From IMG/VR virus record IMGVR_UViG_3300045988_171725, positions 81,036 through 145,035 of that record: a stretch of 64,000 nt of DNA; one strand, 5' to 3'. Below the pieces are notes generated by a model. That model searched no databases. It worked only from the letters and a program-made list of their open reading frames with translations, and was not told the DNA's origin. Source of the DNA: a virus. The translations under genes were made by a program, and so were the position numbers. This document shows, piece after piece, positions 53,789 to 62,398 of this stretch. Positions within the stretch are counted from its first letter, which is position 1. Every line of letters begins with the position of its first letter.

Positions 53789-54091
53789 ATGACAGTATTA
53801 TTAACACGGCACGCAAATGAAAGAATGAAGACGAGAACGAACTTCTCGCCAACACGAGCGCAGGAGATCGCAGAAGAGGCTTATTATTGTGGAAAAGATT
53901 TGGATGATTTCCCGAAACAAATAAAAAGATACCTTGAAAATGTTTTGCAGGCTTCTTCGGGAGATACGTTAAAAATTTTAGGCAACGACATCTATCTTTT
54001 TGGGAATGGGTACTTAATCACGGTTTTCCCTTTCCCCAAGAAAGTCGTGCAAAATAAAAAAAAAGAAAGGAGAAAAAAAATGACAGGGTGA
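53789..54091 (+). CDS. Hypothetical protein (100 aa)
   Basis: First ORF after P10. Confidence 0.5.
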   Translation: MTVLLTRHANERMKTRTNFSPTRAQEIAEEAYYCGKDLDDFPKQIKRYLENVLQASSGDTLKILGNDIYLFGNGYLITVFPFPKKVVQNKKKERRKKMTG

Positions 54092-54633
54092 ACAATTTTG
54101 TTAATTTGTTATTAGAAGGCGAGGATTACAAATATATACCTGAAACAAATCAAGAGTATATAATAACCAATTTCGGCAGAGTTTTTTCAAAATCAAGAAA
54201 ACCCGTTTGGGTTGTTTTAAAACACAGATTGACGAGAGCTGGATATCATCGGGTAACGATTAAAGGCAAGGATAAATATATACATCGTTTAGTTTTAGAA
54301 AATTTTAATCCAGTAAAAAATATGGAAAAATTAGATGCTGGGCACATAGATGATGATAAAGATAATAATTATTTAGATAATTTAAAATGGATGACGCGGT
54401 TGGAAAACAACCATTGGAATGACAAAATTGAACGAGGGGCATCTAAAAGGCGAGAACCAGTGGCAAGATACACCATGGATGGTGAATTTATAGATAGCTT
54501 CGCGTCCATGAGAGAAGCTGCTAAGTATCTAAATTTCGATCATAGTAAAATTTCTAAATGTGCCCATGGTGAAAAAGAAAGTTATAACGGTTTTAAATGG
54601 GAATTATTAAAAGGAGAAAACAAAAATGTATAA
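54088..54633 (+). CDS. HNH homing endonuclease (NUMOD4-like N-terminus, HNH, C-terminal NUMOD1/IENR-like HTH)
   Basis: YKYIPETNQEYIITNFGRVFS; GHIDDDKDNNYLDNLKWMTRLEN; SMREAAKYLNFDHSKISKCAHG. Confidence 0.7.
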   Translation: MNNFVNLLLEGEDYKYIPETNQEYIITNFGRVFSKSRKPVWVVLKHRLTRAGYHRVTIKGKDKYIHRLVLENFNPVKNMEKLDAGHIDDDKDNNYLDNLKWMTRLENNHWNDKIERGASKRREPVARYTMDGEFIDSFASMREAAKYLNFDHSKISKCAHGEKESYNGFKWELLKGENKNV

Positions 54634-55318
54634 TTTGTTAGCACTTTTCAATAGATGCTTAAACGCAGATTATAAGCATGTTGAAAATGACGGAGATTAC
54701 GCTCTTGAAAGAGATGGCGATTTGCTTTATATTCTTTTTGAATGTAGTAACGGGAAAGTAGACTGGAAGAATAATTTTGACTTTCCTACAAAACCATATA
54801 AAGATATGGGTATCAAATGGCATTGCCATAGGGGGTTTTTGAGAGTGTGGAAATCAATTGAGCCTTATCTTGAAAATGTTATTAAAGATCCCACAATCAA
54901 AAAGATAATAATAGTCGGATATTCCCATGGAAGTGCGATTGCGAGTTTGTGCCATGAATATGTATGGTATAATCGCCCCGACCTCAGAGAAGGTAATCTT
55001 GAAGGCTTCGGCTTCGGCTGCCCGAAGGTTTATTGGGGATTTATGAAAAAAGCTCTTAAAGAACGTTGGGAACATTTCCATCCGATAAAAAATTGTAGTG
55101 ATATTGTTACGACAGTACCGCCCGTAATTTTTGGGTTTATCCATGTAAATAAGGTTTATAAACTTAAAAACAAGACGCTTAAAAATAGACACGGGAATAT
55201 TAAGAGCGTAGACTCTCATTACCCCGATAATTATCTTTATAGTTTGTCATTGGAAACCGATGATGGTTTTCATAATTTTAAAGAAAAAATAAAAAAAAAT
55301 AAAGAGGCAAAAAAATGA
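54626..55318 (+). CDS. Class-3 lipase / alpha-beta hydrolase-like protein
   Basis: Nucleophile elbow GYSHGS within IIIVGYSHGSAIASL. 230 aa. Confidence 0.55.
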   Translation: MYNLLALFNRCLNADYKHVENDGDYALERDGDLLYILFECSNGKVDWKNNFDFPTKPYKDMGIKWHCHRGFLRVWKSIEPYLENVIKDPTIKKIIIVGYSHGSAIASLCHEYVWYNRPDLREGNLEGFGFGCPKVYWGFMKKALKERWEHFHPIKNCSDIVTTVPPVIFGFIHVNKVYKLKNKTLKNRHGNIKSVDSHYPDNYLYSLSLETDDGFHNFKEKIKKNKEAKK

Positions 55319-55707
55319 AACTTATAAATGTAATCAACGCGAGAAAAATTATTGAAACCAAAGCGACGGAAAAGGTTGAATTTAATCTCGCTTATAAATT
55401 TGCGAAACTCATTAAACTCACAAACGACGACGAAGAATTTTACAACAAAAGCCAAAGAGAGATTTTTGAACAGTATGCAAAAAGAGACGACAAAGGAAAT
55501 ATTCTCCCCGACGAAAATGGTCGTTATCAATTCGACACCGATAAAGTCGCAACGGTTGAATCGGAATTAAGAAAATTGGCAACAACGGAAGTTGAAATTC
55601 CCGAATCGCTCAAATTTACGGTAGAAGAATTGACGCCATTAAAATTTTCCGTCGAAGAAGTTATGATTTTTTCAAGTCTAATTAAAGACAACGATGATGA
55701 AAAATAA
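55315..55707 (+). CDS. Hypothetical protein (130 aa)
   Basis: ATGA overlap with the previous ORF. Confidence 0.5.
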   Translation: MKLINVINARKIIETKATEKVEFNLAYKFAKLIKLTNDDEEFYNKSQREIFEQYAKRDDKGNILPDENGRYQFDTDKVATVESELRKLATTEVEIPESLKFTVEELTPLKFSVEEVMIFSSLIKDNDDEK

Positions 55708-55876
55708 ACCCGACAAAGATATTCGCCAAATAAAGAAGATAAACGCGGATGGCTCGATTACCGAAGTTACGGTCGATTGGAACAAACTCCCGTGTCGGAA
55801 ATGCGAGCGCCGCTATCATTTTTGTTGTCCTAAACCAGATTGTTGGAATAAGAATGGCGAATATTGCGTATATTAA
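55694..55876 (+). CDS. Small Cys-rich protein (60 aa)
   Basis: CRKCERRYHFCCPKPDCW. Confidence 0.45.
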   Translation: MMKNKPDKDIRQIKKINADGSITEVTVDWNKLPCRKCERRYHFCCPKPDCWNKNGEYCVY

Positions 55877-55893
55877 AATAAGGAGAAAAAAAC

Positions 55894-56751
55894 ATGGCAG
55901 AATTAGATGAAGAAAAAGTCAAATTCGAAATTGATGGGCATCCGCTCGATGGTTATATTCCGTCACCGCCCGACGACAGAGATTACACACTCGAAACCGT
56001 TTGTGCGCTCGATGACGAAGAACTCCCCGAGGAGTACATAACCGACAAAGAAGTCCCCGTGCTTAATCAGGGTGCCAACTCAGATTGCGTTGCGCACGCT
56101 ATCGCCGTTGCAATTGCTCATGGGCAGTATAAAGCCGAAGGAAAGTTTAATGATTTCTCTCGCGGTTATATTTACGGCAACCGAAAACTCACGGATGCCC
56201 AAGGCGAAGGAATGATTGTCAGACAGGCTTTAAAAAACTGCAACCACGACGGAGATTGTTTAAACATAGTTTTCCCTTACAGAGGCACGTACCCAAAGAT
56301 GAAAGCGAAAATCGCCGAAAAACCCGAAGAGTACGCCAGAGAAGCTGCTAAATCTAAGATAGTGAATTATTGTAGATTGTATAGCGAAAGGGAAATTAAA
56401 AAAGCGATTATGCGTCAGGGCGCGGTCGTTATCGGCACAACGCTTTTCGAAGGGTTTGGAACGCACGTAAAGGTACCGACAAAAGACAGCAAAAAGACTG
56501 GCGGACACGCGATGTGTTGCGTCGGTTGGGATAAGAATGGCTGGATAATACAGAATAGTTGGGGAAGTTTATGGGGCGATAAAGGTTATTGTTATATGCC
56601 TTATGAATACCCCGCAGATGAGTGGTGGGGAATTACCGTAAGCACGACAATTCCGCAGCCCGAAAAAGATTCGTTTTTAAAAAGGCTCATCAACTTCTTT
56701 AAGTATATAATAATAAATCTTCGAAACTTTTTCCACAAAAAAAATAAATAA
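55894..56751 (+). CDS. Papain-like (C1 family) cysteine peptidase
   Basis: QGANSDCVAHAIA (Gln and Cys) and GGHAMCCVGWDKNGWIIQNSWGSLWGDKGY (His, Asn-Ser-Trp). Hydrophobic C-terminal tail. Confidence 0.7.
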   Translation: MAELDEEKVKFEIDGHPLDGYIPSPPDDRDYTLETVCALDDEELPEEYITDKEVPVLNQGANSDCVAHAIAVAIAHGQYKAEGKFNDFSRGYIYGNRKLTDAQGEGMIVRQALKNCNHDGDCLNIVFPYRGTYPKMKAKIAEKPEEYAREAAKSKIVNYCRLYSEREIKKAIMRQGAVVIGTTLFEGFGTHVKVPTKDSKKTGGHAMCCVGWDKNGWIIQNSWGSLWGDKGYCYMPYEYPADEWWGITVSTTIPQPEKDSFLKRLINFFKYIIINLRNFFHKKNK

Positions 56752-56762
56752 TTTTATTTTAC

Positions 56763-56794
56763 CCCCTTGTTTTAGTTGACAAGGGGATTTTTTT
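56763..56794 (+). terminator. Rho-independent terminator overlapping promoter P11
   Basis: 7-bp stem CCCCTTG (56763-56769) / CAAGGGG (56780-56786), then A plus TTTTTTT. Confidence 0.7.
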
Positions 56795-56804
56795 ATGGTA
56801 TAAT
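56776..56804 (+). promoter_or_regulatory. Sigma70-type promoter P11
   Basis: TTGACA at 56776-56781 and TATAAT at 56799-56804, 17-bp spacer, TG at 56796-56797. Confidence 0.7.
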
Positions 56805-56834
56805 AAGAGCACAAAGTAAGGAGCAATAATATAT

Positions 56835-57125
56835 ATGATTGTTAGCAGAAAATATACATGCAGATTTTGCGGCAAGGAAATTACGGTGCAAGCCGAAGAA
56901 GAAAGATTCTCACGCCTCGATGCTGGCGCACATGTCCAAGACGTGTTCCCCGATTTAAGAGTAAATTATCGCGAGCTTATGATAAGCGGTATTTGCGGGG
57001 AATGCTTCGATCAGATATTTGAAAACGATGACGACGAGGATGATTCCGCGTCCGATGACGAGTTTTTCATAAGCAAATATGACGAAAAAACCGATATTTT
57101 CAGCGATAAATACGAAGGAGATTGA
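56835..57125 (+). CDS. Zinc-ribbon protein with acidic tail (96 aa)
   Basis: CRFCGK...CGEC, then an Asp-rich C-terminus. AAGGAG RBS. Confidence 0.5.
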   Translation: MIVSRKYTCRFCGKEITVQAEEERFSRLDAGAHVQDVFPDLRVNYRELMISGICGECFDQIFENDDDEDDSASDDEFFISKYDEKTDIFSDKYEGD

Positions 57126-57276
57126 CGGCGAAAATTATCGCAAAATCGCGGGAAATTGTTAAAAAAATACTAAAAAATAGGCATTAAAATTAACAAGTCG
57201 CGGTATATGCGTGTTAATTGACATTTTTGTTAAAATTTTACAAAAAAGTTAAAATAAACGACTTATAGGTATAGGA

Positions 57277-57351
57277 GTGGGATATATTTGTTCGATTCAA
57301 TATCGCATAGTTTGGTGTGTGAAATACAGACATAAAATCAAAAAAAGGTGA
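57277..57351 (+). pseudogene. tnpA: Remnant of an IS200/IS605 Y1 transposase gene (tnpA), about 24 codons
   Basis: Encodes ...[17 protein letters not shown], matching the N-terminal Y-H-I-V-W-C-P-K-Y-R-R-K-V signature of IS200-family TnpA. It then stops, and the rest of tnpA is absent. Confidence 0.55.
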
Positions 57352-58457
57352 AGAACGTGGAAAAAGCTTATAAATATCGTATATATCCGAATGAAAAACA
57401 AAGAGAAATAATTGCGAAAACATTTGGCTGTTGTCGATTTGTATATAACAAATATCTCGCGCAGAGAATTGAATTATACCAAACAAACAAAGAAAACTTG
57501 ACATATGTTAAGTGTGCAAAAGCGATGTCTGAATTAAAAGACGAACTTGAATGGCTTAATGAGGTTGATTCCACGGCTCTTCAATCTTCTCTTAAAGATT
57601 TAGATAACGCTTATAAAAAGTTTTTTAAAGAACACTCAGGATCTCCGAATTTTAAGAGTAAGAAAACATATAAATATTCTTATAAATCTAAACGTGTCGG
57701 CAATAATATAGCATATCTTGGTGGTTACATCAAACTTCCAAAACTTGGATTGGTAAAAACGAAAAACAAGTTGATACCACAAGGAAGGATAGTAAATGCA
57801 ACAGTTTCGCAAGAACTGAGTGGGAAATATTATGTTTCGTTATGTTGTGTAGATGTTGAAATTCAACCGCTATCAACCACAAACAACGCAGTCGGTATAG
57901 ATTTAGGAATTAAAGAATTCTGTATAACAAGCGATGGAGAACTCGTAAACAATCCAAAATATCTCAAAAACTCGTTAAATAAACTCGCAAAATTACAAAG
58001 GGAATTATCTCGAAAACCAAAAGGTAGTTCTAATCGTAATAAAGCGAGAATTAAGGTGGCGAGATTGTACGAGAAGATTTCAAATCAACGTAAGGACTTT
58101 TTACAAAAACTTTCAACAGATATCATTCGAGAAAATGACGTGATTTGTATTGAAGATTTGCAAGTGAAGAATATGGTTAAAAATCATAAGCTTGCACAGG
58201 CAATTAACGACGTATCTTGGTCGGAATTTGTTCGACAATTAGAGTATAAAGCTCGTTGGTATGGAAGATTGGTTATTAAAGTCGACAAATTCTTTCCAAG
58301 TTCTCAAACTTGTAGTGTTTGCGGGTATAAGAACGAGAAAACGAAAGACTTAAAAGTCAGAGAATGGGATTGCCCCGTTTGCCATACTCATCACGACAGA
58401 GATGTGAACGCGGCAATAAACATTCTTAATGAAGGGTTAAAACAGTTGACAGCATAA
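57348..58457 (+). CDS. tnpB: TnpB (IS200/IS605-family RNA-guided nuclease)
   Basis: [13 protein letters not shown]-terminus. Ruv[12 protein letters not shown], Ruv[14 protein letters not shown]. Zn finger CSVCGY...CPVCH. Ruv[15 protein letters not shown]. Confidence 0.85.
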   Translation: MKNVEKAYKYRIYPNEKQREIIAKTFGCCRFVYNKYLAQRIELYQTNKENLTYVKCAKAMSELKDELEWLNEVDSTALQSSLKDLDNAYKKFFKEHSGSPNFKSKKTYKYSYKSKRVGNNIAYLGGYIKLPKLGLVKTKNKLIPQGRIVNATVSQELSGKYYVSLCCVDVEIQPLSTTNNAVGIDLGIKEFCITSDGELVNNPKYLKNSLNKLAKLQRELSRKPKGSSNRNKARIKVARLYEKISNQRKDFLQKLSTDIIRENDVICIEDLQVKNMVKNHKLAQAINDVSWSEFVRQLEYKARWYGRLVIKVDKFFPSSQTCSVCGYKNEKTKDLKVREWDCPVCHTHHDRDVNAAINILNEGLKQLTA

Positions 58458-58474
58458 ATCAAATGTGCTATAAT
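58446..58474 (+). promoter_or_regulatory. Sigma70-type promoter P12, overlapping the last codons of tnpB
   Basis: TTGACA at 58446-58451 (codons LT of ...KQLTA*) and TATAAT at 58469-58474, 17-bp spacer, TG at 58466-58467. Confidence 0.65.
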
Positions 58475-58717
58475 AATATAAACAACCGTTGGAACGACGG
58501 GGATGGCCTTCTAAATATCTTTACAAAGGTAAGGAATTTGTAGGAATCTCACGACTGAAGCCGCGAGAGGTTCATTGATGGTGAATTTACAGAAACAACA
58601 AAAGAGGAAACCGAAGAAGCACCAAAGCAGCCCACAGAATGAGTGTTGGGCTCATTTGTGGAAATACTCAAAAGAATTGCAAAAGTGGATATTTATTCCA
58701 CTTGAAGGAGGTAATGG
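58458..58717 (+). ncRNA. Region expected to carry the 3' part of the TnpB omega/reRNA and its guide (unverified)
   Basis: In IS605-type elements the omega-RNA overlaps the tnpB 3' end and extends to the right end. This 260-nt stretch has no strong ORF, only a possible 47-aa basic ORF at 58578-58721. Confidence 0.3.
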
Positions 58718-58813
58718 ATGATAAGGATTGTCATGGGGTGTTTAGTTTCTCTCATCTGTTTTGCCATATGCCTGATTATTATTCACTTTGACGACGGAGG
58801 CACCCCGCGATGA
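58718..58813 (+). CDS. Small hydrophobic peptide (31 aa)
   Basis: GGAGG at 58707-58711, ATG at 58718. Sequence MIRIVMGCLVSLICFAICLIIIHF. Its stop overlaps the next ATG (ATGA). Confidence 0.4.
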   Translation: MIRIVMGCLVSLICFAICLIIIHFDDGGTPR

Positions 58814-59013
58814 GAAAAGAGGAAAACGATTGCGTGAGTTGCCCCGCAGGCGTTCCGTGTCTCGGTAAGAGCTGCCCGATAAGGCATGCAGAGCGTATAT
58901 ATTGCGACAATTGCGGCGATGAAATAGACCCCGATTACGTGATAGAAATTGACGGGTATGATTATTGTTATGATTGCGCAGAAGAGCTAAAATTATTGGA
59001 GGAGGAAGAATAA
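58810..59013 (+). CDS. Zinc-ribbon protein (67 aa)
   Basis: CVSCP...C..C...CDNCG...CYDC. Confidence 0.5.
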   Translation: MRKEENDCVSCPAGVPCLGKSCPIRHAERIYCDNCGDEIDPDYVIEIDGYDYCYDCAEELKLLEEEE

Positions 59014-59262
59014 ATGTATTTCAAAATCAGTTTGAACAATTTCGCAGATGTAAATAAGTTCGTTTCCATTGCACAGAATATATCGGAAGATACGATCTTG
59101 CATGGCGGCAGATTTGCCGTTGATGCGAAATCGATCATAGGTATTTTCAGCCTTGATCTGTCAAAGCCGTTGATGTTCGAAATCGACGCACACAACGGAA
59201 GTCCCGATGAAACAGCATTTGCCGAATTGTTTAAGAACTTTCTTATTACAAAAGGAGATTAA
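59014..59262 (+). CDS. HPr-like (PTS phosphocarrier fold) protein
   Basis: RFAVDAKSIIGIFSLDLSKPLMFEIDAHNGSPDETAFAEL resembles the HPr core ([V/A]-[D/N]-[A/G]-K-S-I-[M/L]-G-[V/I]-[M/L]-S-L ... G-x-D-E). No obvious N-terminal phospho-His motif. Confidence 0.45.
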   Translation: MYFKISLNNFADVNKFVSIAQNISEDTILHGGRFAVDAKSIIGIFSLDLSKPLMFEIDAHNGSPDETAFAELFKNFLITKGD

Positions 59263-59263
59263 A

Positions 59264-59590
59264 ATGGAAATCAAGACAATTACCATAAAAGACAAAAAGG
59301 ACGGCGAAACAAAAACAGTTTCTTATTATATGACGGATGCAAACGTTCATATTGAAGATTCTTATTTAATTCGCTCAAACGAAACCAAAAAAGAAATTTT
59401 AACGATAATCCTTTCGAATACGGTTTTCGCTTACAAGAGAACGATAGGAAGTTGGCTTAGAGAATGGCGTGCGCACAATGTTTTGTATAGATGGGGATAT
59501 CAACCCGACAGAACAAAGAGCGTAGATTTGAACGAAGATGAAACGCAGATTCGAAAGATTGGTTATTTCTTACTTTCGATATTTGAATGA
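59264..59590 (+). CDS. Hypothetical protein (108 aa)
   Basis: ATG at 59264 after AAGGAG. Confidence 0.5.
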   Translation: MEIKTITIKDKKDGETKTVSYYMTDANVHIEDSYLIRSNETKKEILTIILSNTVFAYKRTIGSWLREWRAHNVLYRWGYQPDRTKSVDLNEDETQIRKIGYFLLSIFE

Positions 59591-59598
59591 GGTGAGAT

Positions 59599-59964
59599 AT
59601 GAGTTACGATATAAGTTTTAAAGTTAAAGTAGAAGGCTTGGAAAATCGTTATGTTGAGGTTTGCGATCCGAAAGCAAATATCACATGGAACTTAAGAGAG
59701 ATGATTCGGGAATCGACGGGGCTTGAATGGGAAAACGAAGCTAATAACGGATTATGCACGGACGTAATTCCCCACATCTCGCAAGGATTAAGCGAGTTGC
59801 AAAAGCACCCGCAGAAATATAAGAAGTATGAATCTGATAACGGTTGGGGCACGATCGGGGGTTGCAAAAATTTTTTCGGGAATATTCTAAAAGCGTGGAG
59901 CAATTTCAGCACCGATTCTTGGACAGCAGATTTGGCGCCCGTAACTTATTTTTGGATTGAATGA
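59599..59964 (+). CDS. Hypothetical protein (121 aa)
   Basis: GAGGTG RBS. Confidence 0.5.
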   Translation: MSYDISFKVKVEGLENRYVEVCDPKANITWNLREMIRESTGLEWENEANNGLCTDVIPHISQGLSELQKHPQKYKKYESDNGWGTIGGCKNFFGNILKAWSNFSTDSWTADLAPVTYFWIE

Positions 59965-59973
59965 GGTAGTGAC

Positions 59974-60180
59974 ATGAAAGTAAATGTGAGTTATGCAATG
60001 GAAGTTTCAGAAGAAGATTTTTACGGCATGAAAAAAGAAGTCGGTGTGGATACCGACGAAGAATTTATCGGATTTTTAAAATGCGTTATAAAGGCGCAAA
60101 GCACGGCTGGATGTAAACTCGTCAATTTGAAGATTGAAGTAGAACACGACGCATCATTTACGCCATCGAATTTGAATTAG
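59974..60180 (+). CDS. Hypothetical protein (68 aa)
   Basis: Same-strand ORF. Confidence 0.5.
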   Translation: MKVNVSYAMEVSEEDFYGMKKEVGVDTDEEFIGFLKCVIKAQSTAGCKLVNLKIEVEHDASFTPSNLN

Positions 60181-60190
60181 GAGGAGACTA

Positions 60191-60376
60191 ATGAATAAAT
60201 GTGAATTTTGTACAGCTTCAAAAAACCAGAACGGACGATTCGTGTGCGCGGGATGGACGCTTTATGATTGTCAAAGGGCAATTGAAACGATGGTTAAAGT
60301 CATGGAAATCCAAGCTACCAGCCGTAACACGAAGAATTACAATATAAACAAACGCACGGAGAATAAAAATAAATGA
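60191..60376 (+). CDS. Small Cys-containing protein (61 aa)
   Basis: AGGAGGAG RBS. Confidence 0.5.
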   Translation: MNKCEFCTASKNQNGRFVCAGWTLYDCQRAIETMVKVMEIQATSRNTKNYNINKRTENKNK

Positions 60377-60675
60377 ATACAGTTATTTTTTCGGATTATG
60401 ACAGTTGTTATTCCAGTGCGCTGCTTTTAAGCGACGGTGTAGAATGGGGCTTGATCGACAGAGATATGTATAAGGAACGAATCCCAGCATACGCGAGTGA
60501 TATAGCCGATTATGACGATGAGAAATTATTCGCTTTTTTCAAGCAGATATTCAACGCGGAAATTAAGCGTATCATTATCATCATCGATGGGGAAGTTATA
60601 AAAGTTCGGTGTAAATGCCCGAGAGGATTTTTCGGGTATGAAATGGTCGACGGGAAAGTTCAGGAAACCGAATAA
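60373..60675 (+). CDS. Hypothetical protein (100 aa)
   Basis: ATGA overlap with the previous ORF. Confidence 0.5.
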   Translation: MNTVIFSDYDSCYSSALLLSDGVEWGLIDRDMYKERIPAYASDIADYDDEKLFAFFKQIFNAEIKRIIIIIDGEVIKVRCKCPRGFFGYEMVDGKVQETE

Positions 60676-60681
60676 AAACGC

Positions 60682-60710
60682 TTGACAAACGTCAAGTAAT
60701 GTGGTATAAT
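60682..60710 (+). promoter_or_regulatory. Sigma70-type promoter P13
   Basis: TTGACA at 60682-60687 and TATAAT at 60705-60710, 17-bp spacer, TG at 60702-60703. The -35 lies in the perfect hairpin CTTGAC-AAAC-GTCAAG. Confidence 0.7.
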
Positions 60711-60738
60711 ATAGACATAATCAAAAAGGAGAAAAAAT

Positions 60739-61050
60739 ATGATAAAAATACTTAAACATGGTAAAAGGCATTCAAAGTTTCAGCTTACTTGCCCATTCTG
60801 TTGCTGTGAATTTGAGTATGAAGAATCAGAATATGGGTATTGTTGGGCATTATGGCTCAATTACGTCAGAGACGGTAAAGAGTTCAAGATAGCTCTTCCG
60901 TGTTATAAGAACGCGAATAAAGACAATTACAAAAGTTTGAGTTATTCGATTGCGACGGTCGATAGCTGCTCTTATACGACCGTGTTCAGCACAAGGTTTC
61001 TTTCGGAATTAAAAGACGGCGTTACGAAGTTCTTGAACGGGGAGATTTGA
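60739..61050 (+). CDS. Hypothetical Cys-containing protein (103 aa)
   Basis: AAGGAG RBS. First ORF after P13. Confidence 0.5.
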   Translation: MIKILKHGKRHSKFQLTCPFCCCEFEYEESEYGYCWALWLNYVRDGKEFKIALPCYKNANKDNYKSLSYSIATVDSCSYTTVFSTRFLSELKDGVTKFLNGEI

Positions 61051-61061
61051 GGAGGTTAGAA

Positions 61062-61409
61062 ATGATTTACAGAGTAATTCGGGTAAATGACTCAACCGTT
61101 TCTGGGAATGTTTTTTACAACAACCCATTAAAGGCGATTGAAGATTTCGCAAAAGCGGGACCAGTGAATGACGAGGTATTCGGCTTAATAGGCGACGACT
61201 TACAAGCCATGGTTTGGAGTCGGCAAGCGGAATATCTGTTATATAAACAAATGGGAGAAGAAGAGGGCTGGATAACTTTTTGGGATTATGAACAAATAAA
61301 GAATCCGAATAAAGTTAAAAGAGACCTCATAAAAGACGAGAAATATACCCACGTGATTTTGTATGATTTACAAAAACAGAAGCTAATTTTTGAGGTTGGC
61401 AATGAATAA
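61062..61409 (+). CDS. Hypothetical protein (115 aa)
   Basis: ATG at 61062 after GAGGAGG. Confidence 0.5.
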   Translation: MIYRVIRVNDSTVSGNVFYNNPLKAIEDFAKAGPVNDEVFGLIGDDLQAMVWSRQAEYLLYKQMGEEEGWITFWDYEQIKNPNKVKRDLIKDEKYTHVILYDLQKQKLIFEVGNE

Positions 61410-61665
61410 GAGAGAATATGCAAAACTGAAAAAGTGGACGGACACCTTGACCGACGAGCAGCTCAAAGAAGAATATTACGACGCGGTGTTCGACACACTC
61501 GGTAGCCAAGCCGAGGAAATGTACAAGCGCGGTTACGATATCGCAGACATACTCGAGAGAGAGAAGCATGAAAGGTGGCTGTCGAGACGAAGCGCTATGC
61601 TTGAAATGATTTGCTCGGAAAGAGGGATTGAGTTATGGGAAGAATACGCGAAGAAGAAGGGATGA
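61402..61665 (+). CDS. Hypothetical protein (87 aa)
   Basis: ATG at 61402 overlaps the previous stop. Confidence 0.5.
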   Translation: MNKREYAKLKKWTDTLTDEQLKEEYYDAVFDTLGSQAEEMYKRGYDIADILEREKHERWLSRRSAMLEMICSERGIELWEEYAKKKG

Positions 61666-62036
61666 TTTATAATTTTTATACCGAATTCGCCAACGCGGGA
61701 GAGTTCACTAAAATCAATCGTTCTGCCGAATGGAAAGACATGTGTAATTGGTGTTTGGAAAACGGCGTAAGGATTGGTTGTTTCCCAGTCGCAATCGACG
61801 ATAAAATTCAAGCGTTCTTTTTCTGCGAAGTGAAAAATGACACACCGAGCGAACAAGAGGTTTTGGAAAGGCTCAAAATAGCGGTGCCGAACGTCCATTC
61901 AACAAGTCAAGAAATTCCAGTCGCGATTGATTGGGGTAGGATTATAGATGGTTGTTCACACTCTTCAAAAAGCGCGGTTCGGGGCTCTCTATGTTGGAGC
62001 CACGGAGCGCAAGAGAAGCGGCTTTGGAATGGTTGA
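61662..62036 (+). CDS. Hypothetical protein (124 aa)
   Basis: ATG at 61662 forms an ATGA overlap with the upstream stop. Confidence 0.45.
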   Translation: MIYNFYTEFANAGEFTKINRSAEWKDMCNWCLENGVRIGCFPVAIDDKIQAFFFCEVKNDTPSEQEVLERLKIAVPNVHSTSQEIPVAIDWGRIIDGCSHSSKSAVRGSLCWSHGAQEKRLWNG

Positions 62037-62070
62037 ATGGAAAAGTGATATCGGACGAAAAGGAGAAAGA

Positions 62071-62247
62071 ATGATTAAGTTTAATTCTGCAGAAGCAAAG
62101 AAAGATTTTAAGGAATGGGTTAAAGATTTTTTAGCATACCGCGTTGGTATTCCAACTGATGATGATATTTGGACTTTAGATCTTATTGCTGAAACTATCG
62201 CGATGAAATACGAAAAAGAAATAAATTTTATTTTGGAGAATATATAA
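62071..62247 (+). CDS. Small hypothetical protein (58 aa)
   Basis: ATG at 62071 after AAGGAG. Confidence 0.45.
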   Translation: MIKFNSAEAKKDFKEWVKDFLAYRVGIPTDDDIWTLDLIAETIAMKYEKEINFILENI

Positions 62248-62398
62248 AGCGATATCGGAGTGATGTGATTTATATATCATATAGAGTGTGGTTATATAAT
62301 ATGGGGAGAAAAAGGAGAAAAGATATGGTCAGATTAGACTGTAGTGGGATGGTTTGGGATAACATTCTCTTTTTTCTTTAACCCAAAAAGAGGAAAAA

